Part shown: piece after piece, positions 1 to 9,090 of the stretch
How positions within the stretch are numbered: the first letter of the stretch is position 1
Layout of the letters: each line of letters begins with the position of its first letter
IMG/VR virus record: IMGVR_UViG_3300045988_105168
Coordinates: 50,766 to 114,765 of that record
From: a virus
Strand: one strand, 5' to 3'
DNA: 64,000 nt
Program-made: the position numbers and the translations under genes
The notes under the pieces: generated by a model
Seen by the model: only the letters and a program-made list of their open reading frames with translations
Databases searched by the model: none
What the model was told of the DNA's origin: nothing

Positions 1-880
1 TAATATTTTGAATTTGACCTTTGTCATTCATTTCAACATCAACCCACCAAACAGATTTATCATTAGCAAAACCCATACTTCTAGCAAAAGGTGTTAAGTC
101 CTCTAAACACGAAGTTTGGAAGCAATGTGTATCATCTTGTTTCATATAAAAACTTTGATGAATATGACCTGTTTGTAATATATGAGGTCTTTCCTCTAAC
201 GGAATTGAGTCTAAATACTTTTGTACCTTATAAGATTTAGCATAAGCATTTCCACCTTTTCCGTGGAATAATCTAACTTTTAATTTACCAATCTTCATAT
301 CGGCAACATCACTACCCAAATAAACTATATCATCTCTTCTATTTGCAATAGCCTTAACTATTTCTGAACCTGTGGACTTATACCACCAATCATCGTGATT
401 GCCACTAATAACATAAGTTTTACCATCAAATGTCGGGTATTTTTCAACACAATAATCTACTTGCCCCTCATAAGACGGCTCTCTAAGTTCATAAATATGC
501 TCAGGTCTATTTGAACGACCATCTGTAAAATCTCCGCTGTGTAAAATATGTTTTACGCCTCTTTCATCAGCTTTCGCGTATAGATACCTCAAAATATCTA
601 AACGGTCATATTTACTACACAAATGTGTATCACTAATAAGCAATAAAGGTATGTGCGAACTAGACGCTTCAACTTGATATACATCATTAATTTTAGGTGG
701 CGTTTTTAATCTTACCAATTCCCCATTGATATAATCAATTAATTCACCGTCTTGTTTCATTAAGCCTATTAACCCTATCACTTCGTAATCTTTAAGTTGT
801 AATTCATTACAAATTTCAATAAAACCTTTTTTCTTCTTGACTAAATATTTTATCTTATTACAAAGTTCTTTAGTTTCCAT
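1..880 (-). CDS. metallophosphoesterase (calcineurin-like); C-terminus lies beyond the window edge
   Basis: Absent from the ORF track because it runs off the window. Own translation from ATG at 880-878 gives METKELCNKIKYL... Motifs: LLISDTHLC (DxH), HSGDFTDG (GDxxDG), VISGNHDDW (GNHD), FHGKGG, TGHIHQ (GHxH). AGGAGG SD at 887-892. Confidence 0.85.
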   Translation of the reverse strand, partial: METKELCNKIKYLVKKKKGFIEICNELQLKDYEVIGLIGLMKQDGELIDYINGELVRLKTPPKINDVYQVEASSSHIPLLLISDTHLCSKYDRLDILRYLYAKADERGVKHILHSGDFTDGRSNRPEHIYELREPSYEGQVDYCVEKYPTFDGKTYVISGNHDDWWYKSTGSEIVKAIANRRDDIVYLGSDVADMKIGKLKVRLFHGKGGNAYAKSYKVQKYLDSIPLEERPHILQTGHIHQSFYMKQDDTHCFQTSCLEDLTPFARSMGFANDKSVWWVDVEMNDKGQIQNI

Positions 881-902
881 AGACGGCCTCCTAAAAATGT
901 CA

Positions 903-1538
903 TTACATTTCTAATAACTTGTTTTCTACAAACCAAGCAAATTTTTTTACTGCATCCTTGTTTAAACTACTTATCTTATCGTTACAAAATTGTACTGCCA
1001 CAAAACCAACTGGCTCATTATTTGTGTTATAAATAACTACGTCATAAAAACCTTTAATACCCATAGTATGTTTCAAACTATAAGTAGATGGCATTGTTTC
1101 TTTTAAATCTTCTAAATCTTTCACCAATAATTCCCCTTTATCTAATAATACTTTTAGAAAGTTAGGAATAACGCTAAGAGGAATACCAGATAAAACGTTT
1201 AAACAACTAGCAACCCCATATCGACAAGTCTCATAGGTACAAGTTGTTTTTAATGCACTACGACCATTAGCATAGTGATTACCATTATGGAATTCATATA
1301 CTTGCACTCTATCAGCACCTAATAATTCTTTTAGGTGGTCTGCCTCCTTAATAATTTCATAATCCAAATCTGATTGTCTTTTAATATGTTTTGACACATC
1401 AGTCTTTTTATCTTTAAATTCCTTGTCTAGCTTGGTTTTAAAAGTTTTAAAAGACATATAGGCAGTGGCTGCAATAGCTCCACAAACTGTTCCGATAAAC
1501 TGTATATTTTCCCACGATAACAATTCTTTCCAGTCCAT
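903..1538 (-). CDS. membrane-anchored protein, possible GAF-like C-terminal domain (tentative)
   Basis: AGGAGGGG SD at 1543-1550. N-terminal TM helix IQFIGTVCGAIAATAYMSF. The pattern ADRVQVYEFHNGN...EPVGFVAVQF resembles a GAF fold. Confidence 0.55.
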   Translation of the reverse strand: MDWKELLSWENIQFIGTVCGAIAATAYMSFKTFKTKLDKEFKDKKTDVSKHIKRQSDLDYEIIKEADHLKELLGADRVQVYEFHNGNHYANGRSALKTTCTYETCRYGVASCLNVLSGIPLSVIPNFLKVLLDKGELLVKDLEDLKETMPSTYSLKHTMGIKGFYDVVIYNTNNEPVGFVAVQFCNDKISSLNKDAVKKFAWFVENKLLEM

Positions 1539-1633
1539 CTGACCCCTCCTAACATTACGTCTTTATTACGGCATAGAGCTTGGGAGTTGAACCCAATTAA
1601 TTCCCACCGAAACTCTATATAAAAATGAAGAGA

Positions 1634-1957
1634 TTAATATAAAACCTCTTCTCCTCTATGATAAGTATTCTTTTTATTAATAGTGATTTTTTCGCCATTT
1701 TTATTTATTACATAATATGAAGGTGTGGCTACTAAAACTTTGCAAGGAACCTTTGGCTCTTTCTTTTTAGTAGTACGTGTTCTTGGTGCACGAGTTGCTG
1801 TTTTAGTTTCTTCAACTAATTTATCAGCTACTACAGTAGTAACATCTTCAACAATTTTATCAACTGTTTCTTCTGTCACATTTTTTGTTGCATCTATAGT
1901 TAATTCTATAGTCTTTTCTTCAACCTTCTTATTATTTTTGTTTTTGAATATTTTCAT
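1634..1957 (-). CDS. hypothetical Lys/Thr-rich protein
   Basis: AGAGAGGAG SD upstream of the ATG at 1957; co-oriented with neighbours; no family recognised. Confidence 0.6.
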   Translation of the reverse strand: MKIFKNKNNKKVEEKTIELTIDATKNVTEETVDKIVEDVTTVVADKLVEETKTATRAPRTRTTKKKEPKVPCKVLVATPSYYVINKNGEKITINKKNTYHRGEEVLY

Positions 1958-2129
1958 ATTTTTTCTCCTCTCTTACTAATCTAGGACATTTTTCCCAGTC
2001 GTCTGTATGTATTACCTTATTCTGCTTATGGCAGAATTTTTGTTTTAAACAACAATTACCTGTCAAAGAGCAGTTTAAAAACTGCTCAAAGACACTTTTG
2101 GTAATATATTTACTATACTTGCAATACAT
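1932..2129 (-). CDS. hypothetical Cys-rich small protein (uncertain)
   Basis: Fills the gap between 1957 and 2135. No SD seen. Overlaps the next gene by 26 nt. Confidence 0.3.
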   Translation of the reverse strand: MYCKYSKYITKSVFEQFLNCSLTGNCCLKQKFCHKQNKVIHTDDWEKCPRLVREEKKYENIQKQK

Positions 2130-2134
2130 AATTA

Positions 2135-3163
2135 TTATTCAACTGTTACAATAATGTTAGCGTCGATTTCAGGAACGTCTGTGATAGTTGCTTTAATAGT
2201 AGCTGTACCAGCAGCAACACCAACAACAATTCCTCCATCAGCTGTAGCTGTAGCAGTTTTATCACTACTGAAAGTTAATCCTGAAGTAGGAGCTAAGAAA
2301 GCAGCAGAACCATCATTTTTGATTGCATAAACTTGTAACTCTTTAGAAGTTCCGTCAGCAATAGTGAAGTCTCCACCTTTGATAGCTAATGCTACAACAC
2401 CATCATACCAGTTTGCACCAGTAATCTTTTCAGTGATTGTTGCATAAACAGGTCTATTTCCGTCACATCCACCAGCATTTTCTGTAGAAGCTAAAGCTCT
2501 TACTGATAATGGAGTTTGAGCTACTGAGTCTGGTGTCATACTTAATGTAAATGCACCTGTCATAGAAGCTCTAGGTACTTCGATTTGAACTGTACCAATT
2601 TGGTTAGTTGTAGAGTCAGAACTTGCTAAAGTACCAACCATAACTAATCTAATTACTGATGGTAACATATCAGCATATACTGTAACTTGACGAGCAGCAG
2701 CATCGTTTGTATAGTATCTTACGCAAACTGTTCCATTGTAATCAGCATCAGATAAATTGAAGCTTGTACCTGTGAAAGCAACTCTTTCTACTGTTCCGTC
2801 TTCTTTAGTAACCCATCCATAAATAGTTTGAGATGAGATTGCTAATGGAGAACCAACAACATTTCCTGCACCGTTAGCGATAACAACACTTTCTTCTGTC
2901 CAAACATTAGCACCAGTTGTGATTGATGAACCAGTATTTAATGCTAAGAATTCTAAAGAGAATTGTGCTTCATTAATAGTGATATTCATTTCAGCTGTAT
3001 GATAATAGATATATTGTAATTGGTTACCTTTACCAGCTCTAACGTCAGTGTTAGATAATGTAGTTTCGATAGAACTATCTAATAAAGTTTTACCAACGAA
3101 TAATAAGTTATCGTTAGAGTCATAACCATATACATCAGCTGTACTAACTAAAAACTTTTTCAT
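2135..3163 (-). CDS. major tail (tube-like) protein with C-terminal Ig-like Big_2 domain (function tentative)
   Basis: Very strong SD (AAGAGGAGGAAAA). Own upstream AGTTTAATATAAAA motif, shared with the capsid gene. The C-terminus LTFSSDKTATATADGGIVVGVAAGTATIKATITD...IIVTVE fits the Big_2 pattern. Lies in the virion module. Confidence 0.5.
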   Translation of the reverse strand: MKKFLVSTADVYGYDSNDNLLFVGKTLLDSSIETTLSNTDVRAGKGNQLQYIYYHTAEMNITINEAQFSLEFLALNTGSSITTGANVWTEESVVIANGAGNVVGSPLAISSQTIYGWVTKEDGTVERVAFTGTSFNLSDADYNGTVCVRYYTNDAAARQVTVYADMLPSVIRLVMVGTLASSDSTTNQIGTVQIEVPRASMTGAFTLSMTPDSVAQTPLSVRALASTENAGGCDGNRPVYATITEKITGANWYDGVVALAIKGGDFTIADGTSKELQVYAIKNDGSAAFLAPTSGLTFSSDKTATATADGGIVVGVAAGTATIKATITDVPEIDANIIVTVE

Positions 3164-3194
3164 ATATATTTTCCTCCTCTTATTATTGATTTAA

Positions 3195-3208
3195 TTTTAT
3201 ATTAAACT
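3195..3208 (-). promoter_or_regulatory. candidate late-promoter motif AGTTTAATATAAAA (copy 1, upstream of the tail-tube-like gene)
   Basis: The same 14-mer occurs at 8488-8501 upstream of the major capsid gene. Both sit in the only sizeable intergenic gaps of the virion module. Confidence 0.4.
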
Positions 3209-3240
3209 ATTTTCTTTTATATCTAAATAGTAAAGATGTT

Positions 3241-3999
3241 TTATTTATTTGCGCCTTCAATTTTATTACGCATTTCTTCCATATCTACTTTTACGTCAGC
3301 GTATCTATCGTCTTTAGATAAATCATCCATCCAGTGTTTAATTACACTGTCATCTTTAAATTTAACCATACCAGACATAGATGCACTTAAATAAATTTCG
3401 TAATGGAGTTTAGCATCTACTCTTTGTAGAATTTTCTCAAACTTTCTTATAGTTAACTCGTATATGTCATTCATCTTTAAAGAAGTAGAAATTAAAACAC
3501 ATATCATTTGTTCTTCTAAAGAACACATTTTTCTTTTGTTTTGTTGCATTTTATATTGTTCTGCTTTTTCTAAAGCATCTCTGATTTCTTTTTGAATTGT
3601 CTCATCAATAGGAGTAATACAATTTTGCTCAAAAATAATCTTAGTAATCGCATCAAAATCATCTGCGTTATATTCTACATTATTAATCTTAAAAAATGCT
3701 TTGTCATTCTTGTCAACATAAAAATACATTTCAGAATTTATATCTATATGTAAAACCATACACAACAACGCTTTTATCATATATACATAAGGCTCTTCAT
3801 TAACTGCCGAGCAATAATAAAGAAAGCGTAAATAAGACATACTAATAATGTTAATGTCAGGTATACTATTCTTATCTATCAATAAACAACTTACCAACCA
3901 ATGAAATTCTATATAGTCTTTCATTGTTGCTGGATAAATCTTTAATTCTTTATATGAGATAGGCTCATCAAAATATAATTCTTTAATGTGCTCTAACAT
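3241..3999 (-). CDS. hypothetical virion-module protein (252 aa)
   Basis: Co-oriented and tightly packed in the structural module; no motif recognised. Confidence 0.6.
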   Translation of the reverse strand: MLEHIKELYFDEPISYKELKIYPATMKDYIEFHWLVSCLLIDKNSIPDINIISMSYLRFLYYCSAVNEEPYVYMIKALLCMVLHIDINSEMYFYVDKNDKAFFKINNVEYNADDFDAITKIIFEQNCITPIDETIQKEIRDALEKAEQYKMQQNKRKMCSLEEQMICVLISTSLKMNDIYELTIRKFEKILQRVDAKLHYEIYLSASMSGMVKFKDDSVIKHWMDDLSKDDRYADVKVDMEEMRNKIEGANK

Positions 4000-4001
4000 A
4001 A

Positions 4002-4550
4002 TTATCCCATATTGACAGACATTTTTAACAACTTACCTTTAAAAGGTTTTTGTCCTATTGTCTGTACTTTATCATATCTACTAGCTTGATTATCAAAAAA
4101 TAATACTCCTACACCACCAACATCAGCACCATTTAAAACTTTCAACAACGTCTGAATAATTACATCAACTCTAGTTGTATAATTAGATAAATGATTAATT
4201 TTACCGTGTGTGAACACTTCGATATTAATCGTACATATACCTGTAACTCTGTTTTGTGGATAAATTTCAGCAGGATAAATTCTAAGTAATGTTTTCATTT
4301 CATCTTCAGCATCATCCATCATATAATCAAAAAATACATTATAATTAGATAAAATTGCCTCACCGTTATAAATCAACTTAGCTTTCTCCTCTGCTGTTAA
4401 ATTTGGGCGACTATAAGCATCGGCATCATTATACTTTAATAACTTCCATATAATTTCTGCGTCTGGATTAGTCATTAAATGTTCTATAATTTTGTAAGAA
4501 AGATTAGTCATACTTTCATAAGTAGCATATTCTTTTTCAACTGTTACCAT
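4002..4550 (-). CDS. hypothetical virion-module protein (182 aa; neck/tail-completion position)
   Basis: AAGGGGG SD. TAATG stop-start overlap with the upstream gene. Confidence 0.6.
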   Translation of the reverse strand: MVTVEKEYATYESMTNLSYKIIEHLMTNPDAEIIWKLLKYNDADAYSRPNLTAEEKAKLIYNGEAILSNYNVFFDYMMDDAEDEMKTLLRIYPAEIYPQNRVTGICTINIEVFTHGKINHLSNYTTRVDVIIQTLLKVLNGADVGGVGVLFFDNQASRYDKVQTIGQKPFKGKLLKMSVNMG

Positions 4551-5839
4551 TAGTATAACCCCCTTAATTTAATTGATAGTTCTACACTATAATCTCCACA
4601 AGAGCATCTTACAATTACAGGACTACCCATATACATACCTTGATTAGTTAAAGTAAATGTATTATTATCTCCACCAGTAATTACATACTTACCACTAGGA
4701 ATACCTGTAGATAAATCTGTAAAAGTTACTTCATCCGCTTGTTTTATACCATTTTTGTATAAATTGACTGAAAATTGTTGTGATTTGTTTTGTAAAACAT
4801 AAGTGATATTTGGGTCTACAATCAATTCGTATACATCCTCTGTTGGTTCCTCTACAACACTAATATTAACACTAGACGTTATATCTGTACCTTCTATCGT
4901 TGCCGTTAAAACAACATCTCCCAAAGCCTTTGCTGTAGCAATATTATCAACTATTTCTACAACAGCCTCATCAGACGTACTCCAAACAATATTTGCCTCT
5001 GTAAGTTCTTTAGAACCTTTATAAGCAGTCGCCTCTAATACTTCACTTTCGTTAATATTTAAAGCGTTAATTGTATCACCAATATTTATTGTAACCTCAT
5101 TTAAGTATGCATTAGCAAAACCATTTTCTATATCGTCAAATAATGGATTAATTTCATAATGGTCAATATAAAACTCAGTAATAGTAGGAGAATTATCATC
5201 CATAGTTACACCGTTCATATAGTTTTTAGTACCACCACCATAAAGTCTAAAAGCAACTCTTTGTTCTGGTGTACCAAATAAAAATCTATCATTTGCTTTA
5301 ATGGTTACTGTATTCTTATTACGTTGACACCATACTTTTTGTTCACCGTTACCAACTATGATTTCCATAGTATCTTCGTTGTTTGCAAAACGTAAAGTGT
5401 AATCCATAATACAAGGTTCATAAACCTTTTGACCATTTGCGTCAAAAAATCTAAGCACGTTGTTACAACGTCTAACCTCTGCTGTTACAGTCATACTCGC
5501 ATAAGTGTTTGTATTAATAACTAACCAGTAACTTCCCTTCCAACGAAATTTCATTCCATAATAAGGTTCTACTGGAAAATCTGGTGCGAATATAAAAGTT
5601 TTATAATCGTCACCTAAAATGATACCCGTATTATAATTTAATACAGTATCTACACGAACTTTATTAATAAAGGCAAAATCATTTTCGCCATAAGTTTGTT
5701 CGTACTCAATCTCGTCATAAACGACATTTGGGGCATTATCAAAACTAAAATCTAATATTGCAGCATAATCTGCATAATACGATGCTTTTGGATTTGGCTG
5801 TCTAATCTTATTAGCAGCTTCGTAATATTTAAGACTCAT
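4550..5839 (-). CDS. virion-associated protein with Ig-like (Big_2) domains
   Basis: The segment IVWSTSDEAVVEIVDNIATAKALGDVVLTATIEGTDITSSVNISV fits Big_2 and is followed by a second Ig-like segment. Lies in the structural module. Confidence 0.6.
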   Translation of the reverse strand: MSLKYYEAANKIRQPNPKASYYADYAAILDFSFDNAPNVVYDEIEYEQTYGENDFAFINKVRVDTVLNYNTGIILGDDYKTFIFAPDFPVEPYYGMKFRWKGSYWLVINTNTYASMTVTAEVRRCNNVLRFFDANGQKVYEPCIMDYTLRFANNEDTMEIIVGNGEQKVWCQRNKNTVTIKANDRFLFGTPEQRVAFRLYGGGTKNYMNGVTMDDNSPTITEFYIDHYEINPLFDDIENGFANAYLNEVTINIGDTINALNINESEVLEATAYKGSKELTEANIVWSTSDEAVVEIVDNIATAKALGDVVLTATIEGTDITSSVNISVVEEPTEDVYELIVDPNITYVLQNKSQQFSVNLYKNGIKQADEVTFTDLSTGIPSGKYVITGGDNNTFTLTNQGMYMGSPVIVRCSCGDYSVELSIKLRGLY

Positions 5840-6197
5840 CGTTTAAAATTACATCTATCATATTGTTGATAAGCTTCGTACAATGATGAACGATGTATTT
5901 AACCCTATCGTGCTCATCTTCTGTAAAGTCTTGCATACCAACTAAGATATAAACAAGCTCTACATAGTACTGATTATCTTGCCAAATTTTACTTGCACCT
6001 GAGACTTTAGTAATTAAAAAACATAAGTGCTTTTGATAATTCTCATATGCCTCCTCACGAGAATAAACCACTTCGTTTTCTTTATTTTTACCTTCAAATA
6101 TAGGTAGAGTCTTCCAACATTGATTAATTAAGATTTTTAATGATTGAATTGTTGCATTATCATCTAATTGAAAATTACTATAATTCATAGTTGCCAT
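5829..6197 (-). CDS. hypothetical head-tail connector-region protein
   Basis: AAGGGGTGG SD; position between the capsid and tail genes. Confidence 0.55.
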   Translation of the reverse strand: MATMNYSNFQLDDNATIQSLKILINQCWKTLPIFEGKNKENEVVYSREEAYENYQKHLCFLITKVSGASKIWQDNQYYVELVYILVGMQDFTEDEHDRVKYIVHHCTKLINNMIDVILNDES

Positions 6198-6633
6198 TAG
6201 CCCACCCCTTCCAATCGGTGTGTTTTAAACTATAAACTGTTTGTTTATGTTTAACATCTTCAACCATTTGTACTCTATGGTCGGCTTTTGCTTTTAAGTT
6301 GTTAGCTTCAGAGTATCTATGTGCTTCAGTTCTATTTTGAAGCATAGAAGTAATTTGACGAGTGTCATTTATCTCTTTATCTAACCACATAATTGCAGTC
6401 CAGTCAGCAAGAATAGACTTCTCTAAATCGTCAAGTATAATATTAAATTGATGATTTTCGTCATCTCTGTCTGATAGGTCTTTTACGCAATTTTCAAAAT
6501 TGGATAAGCCCCTAATCATAAATCCCTCTAAAATCAACTTAAATTCAGCTGGCGACTCTGTAGAAAGTTTGTTTAACCTATAATCTTCAATAGAGACTAA
6601 TGCTAAGTCTAATATGTCATCATATGGTGTCAT
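6178..6633 (-). CDS. hypothetical head-tail connector-region protein
   Basis: AAGGAGGCTGG SD upstream of the ATG at 6633; position only. Confidence 0.55.
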   Translation of the reverse strand: MTPYDDILDLALVSIEDYRLNKLSTESPAEFKLILEGFMIRGLSNFENCVKDLSDRDDENHQFNIILDDLEKSILADWTAIMWLDKEINDTRQITSMLQNRTEAHRYSEANNLKAKADHRVQMVEDVKHKQTVYSLKHTDWKGWANGNYEL

Positions 6634-6647
6634 ATTTCCAGCCTCCT

Positions 6648-7262
6648 TTAATTTTCGTTAGCTAATAACTCCTTATTAAACTCAATACTCTCTAAAAGGT
6701 TTACGTTTAAAGAGTCATTGATGTATTGCACAATATTCATATCAACACTGTTCTTGTTTTTAGTCAATTTTTCTACTACAACATCTCTAAAGATTTCTTT
6801 TTGAGTTTGTGTCATAGAGTCAAAAATTGCTTGGAATTTACTACGTTCAGCAGACAATAATTCTAACAAATCATTCTTACTTAGGATTTTTTTATAATCA
6901 TTAGTTAAATGTTCTGTCTTAACGATTTCATCGTCAGCAATATAGCATTTTCCTCCCTTAATAAAACTTTTGTTGTTTTTAATAATTCTTCTAGCATCTG
7001 AATAAGGAATAGATTGTTCTTCCCCAAATTCATTAAACGTATAAATTGTTCCACCACCATTAGGTTCTGTAGATAAATTTAACGTATAATTACATAAAGA
7101 TATAAATACTACATCTCTTTCTCCAGTGTTAGCAACAGGTTGCGCTGTTCCACCTTGTTTTATTAATAATTGAACTAGGTTGTTTAATTCTTCAATGGTT
7201 TTTTCCATATCTTTAATTTTTTTAGCATCGCTACTTTTATTTGTTTGTTTTGTTTGTGCCAT
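6648..7262 (-). CDS. hypothetical protein (204 aa) downstream of the capsid gene
   Basis: AAAGGAGAG SD; follows the capsid-gene terminator. Confidence 0.6.
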   Translation of the reverse strand: MAQTKQTNKSSDAKKIKDMEKTIEELNNLVQLLIKQGGTAQPVANTGERDVVFISLCNYTLNLSTEPNGGGTIYTFNEFGEEQSIPYSDARRIIKNNKSFIKGGKCYIADDEIVKTEHLTNDYKKILSKNDLLELLSAERSKFQAIFDSMTQTQKEIFRDVVVEKLTKNKNSVDMNIVQYINDSLNVNLLESIEFNKELLANEN

Positions 7263-7287
7263 ATTTTATCTCTCCTTTTTTTCTAAA

Positions 7288-7320
7288 TTAAAATAAAGAG
7301 AGGCCTCTATGAAGCCTCTC
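7288..7320 (-). terminator. intrinsic terminator after the major capsid gene
   Basis: Stem GAGAGGC (7298-7304) / GCCTCTC (7314-7320) with a 9-nt loop. On the minus strand it is followed by UUUAUUUU (plus-strand 7290-7297). Lies 23 nt after the capsid stop codon. Confidence 0.75.
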
Positions 7321-7342
7321 CAAATAAATTCAAATGTTATAA

Positions 7343-8440
7343 TTATGCTAATTCAATAACACCTGCTAATGCAGAACTAATAGCACCTACACCATAAGAT
7401 TTGTATAATGTAGCTGTTTGTTGTAAGTTAGCATTTGCATAGTTACCTTCAACATTAGATAATGTAGAACCTTCAACGAATACTTTAACCATTTTATCAG
7501 TACCTGGGCAGATTACATAAATTTTGCTGTCATCTAATTTAACTGCAAATTCAGTTGTATAGTCTGCAACTTGTTCTAATTCAACAGTTGAGATACCCAT
7601 AAAGTCTCTCATATAACCAACTTTAACATATTCATCTCCTAATAAGATACGAGAATTAGTTGATGCTGGTAAAATTTTAGATAAAGCTAATTTAGTACCT
7701 AAGAATACTGGTTTAGCTCCACCATTCCAAGCTTGAACTTTTTGAGCTAAAGCGATAGCAGTATCTTGAGAGAAACCTGCAATTCTTAATTGGCTAGCTC
7801 CAGTTGTGTTTGGAAGTGCATTCATAGCAGCTGCAAAAGCATCGTAAATATCATATTTCATTTGAGTTTCCATAGATAATACTGCTTTAGCAACGAATTC
7901 AGCTAAAGAATAAGTTCCTTTTAATACATCATATAAAGATACTCCAACTGTAATTCCGTGAGCTTCAGGAACGATAGTTTTTTCTCCTTTGAATTGACGA
8001 GTGATGTCATAAGTTCTACGATTTCTTCCACCTTTTGAAACGATGAATAAATCTCTTGGTTTAAGTTCAACTTTTAAGCTGTCTCCCCAACCACCATTTT
8101 TGATTTCAGCAATCATTCCTAAATCTTTAATTAAAGCATCTGGGATGATTAAGTCAGTTAACATACCAACAACAGCGAAGGCTGCTTCTTTAACGTCACT
8201 GAAATTGCAGTATTGAGCTAAATCAGCACAATCTGATTGTTTCTTACCTGATAATCTTTCGATTTCATCAGAGAAGAATGTTAACATTTTTTCATTCATT
8301 TCAGAAAAACTAACACCATTGGCATTTTGAGTTTTTCCTTCTTTATATAAGCTGTAGTATTCTACAAAGTTTGTGTATCCTTCTTTTCTTTCAGCACTAT
8401 CTGCTGTAAAAGCTAAGACACTATTTGGTAATTTTGCCAT
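7343..8440 (-). CDS. major capsid protein (by position and expression signals)
   Basis: 365 aa. Consensus SD AAAGAGGAGGAAA, own upstream motif and own terminator. Follows the scaffold-like gene and lies downstream of portal/terminase. No family motif verified. Confidence 0.65.
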   Translation of the reverse strand: MAKLPNSVLAFTADSAERKEGYTNFVEYYSLYKEGKTQNANGVSFSEMNEKMLTFFSDEIERLSGKKQSDCADLAQYCNFSDVKEAAFAVVGMLTDLIIPDALIKDLGMIAEIKNGGWGDSLKVELKPRDLFIVSKGGRNRRTYDITRQFKGEKTIVPEAHGITVGVSLYDVLKGTYSLAEFVAKAVLSMETQMKYDIYDAFAAAMNALPNTTGASQLRIAGFSQDTAIALAQKVQAWNGGAKPVFLGTKLALSKILPASTNSRILLGDEYVKVGYMRDFMGISTVELEQVADYTTEFAVKLDDSKIYVICPGTDKMVKVFVEGSTLSNVEGNYANANLQQTATLYKSYGVGAISSALAGVIELA

Positions 8441-8487
8441 ATTATATTTCCTCCTCTTTCATTTAGTAATTTTGTTTTTTATTATTT

Positions 8488-8501
8488 TTTTATATTAAAC
8501 T
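8488..8501 (-). promoter_or_regulatory. candidate late-promoter motif AGTTTAATATAAAA (copy 2, upstream of the capsid gene)
   Basis: Identical 14-mer to 3195-3208. Flanks are also similar (AGAATAGAA-AGTTTAATATAAAA versus AGAAAAT-AGTTTAATATAAAA). Confidence 0.4.
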
Positions 8502-8515
8502 TTCTATTCTTCTAA

Positions 8516-9046
8516 TTAGTTAGCTACACATTCTAATAAGTAAGCAGTAACTCTTTGAGAACCAATATTGTTTGCACTAGCAACAGAGATATAAGTAGTT
8601 TCAACAACTTTGAAGCTTAATCCTTCAACAGCAGCAGCAGCGAATGATAATTTGTTGCTTCCAGCAGTTGCAACAGCGTAAGCAGCAGCTTCTCCTGTGA
8701 TACCATCAGCAGAAATTAATACTAAATCTCCTACTTGTGGTTTAAATCCACTAAATACAACTCCAGCAGTATTAGTGAATGCTCTTGGGTCTAAAGTACC
8801 AACTTTGAATTGGTTTCCTAATCCATCAGTTAATACAACATCTTCTGGACTATAAGCCATCCATAAACCAGTTAATTCTGCTGGTGCAGTTGCTTCATAT
8901 ACTTGACTTTCATTAGCATTTGCTGAAAGTTCTCCTTTTCCAAATACGTTTCCATTATCTAAATCTACTTCTCCGATGAAACTTCTATTTAAAGCATCAA
9001 CATTTTTAGCAGTAGTTAAAGTTGGAATTAAAATTGATTTTGCCAT
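8516..9046 (-). CDS. abundant head-module protein (decoration- or scaffold-like; function tentative)
   Basis: Its 5' UTR and start (AATGAAAGAGGAGGAAAAATAATATGGCAAA) is nearly identical to that of the capsid gene. Beta-rich, Ala/Gly-rich sequence. Confidence 0.45.
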   Translation of the reverse strand: MAKSILIPTLTTAKNVDALNRSFIGEVDLDNGNVFGKGELSANANESQVYEATAPAELTGLWMAYSPEDVVLTDGLGNQFKVGTLDPRAFTNTAGVVFSGFKPQVGDLVLISADGITGEAAAYAVATAGSNKLSFAAAAVEGLSFKVVETTYISVASANNIGSQRVTAYLLECVAN

Positions 9047-9090
9047 ATTATTTTTCCTCCTCTTTCATTTTTAATTTATTTTCTAATTTA

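Noticed and set aside
1574-1620. Nested inverted repeats (ATAGAG...CTCTAT, TGGGA...TCCCA) between ORFs 1634-1957 and 903-1538, considered as a terminator or attenuator.
   Set aside because: No U-tract follows on the minus strand and the stems are short. It was kept only as a weak observation.
1725-1979. Antisense ORFs opposite well-supported genes. Examples: 1725-1979, 4803-5024, 9146-9439, 9776-10042, 11359-11577, 16376-16573, 17900-18205, 18311-18538, 19106-19424, 21151-21396, 23143-23403, 24497-24682, 34504-34689, 35813-36128, 38291-38943, 40050-40391, 41440-41658, 52233-52427, 52989-53210, 53932-54255, 57416-57922, 58347-58652, 62153-62398, 63431-63649.
   Set aside because: Their translations are low-complexity S/L/F/I/T-rich, as expected from the reverse frame of AT-rich coding DNA. 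They lack SD sequences and fully overlap SD-preceded, tightly packed genes on the other strand.
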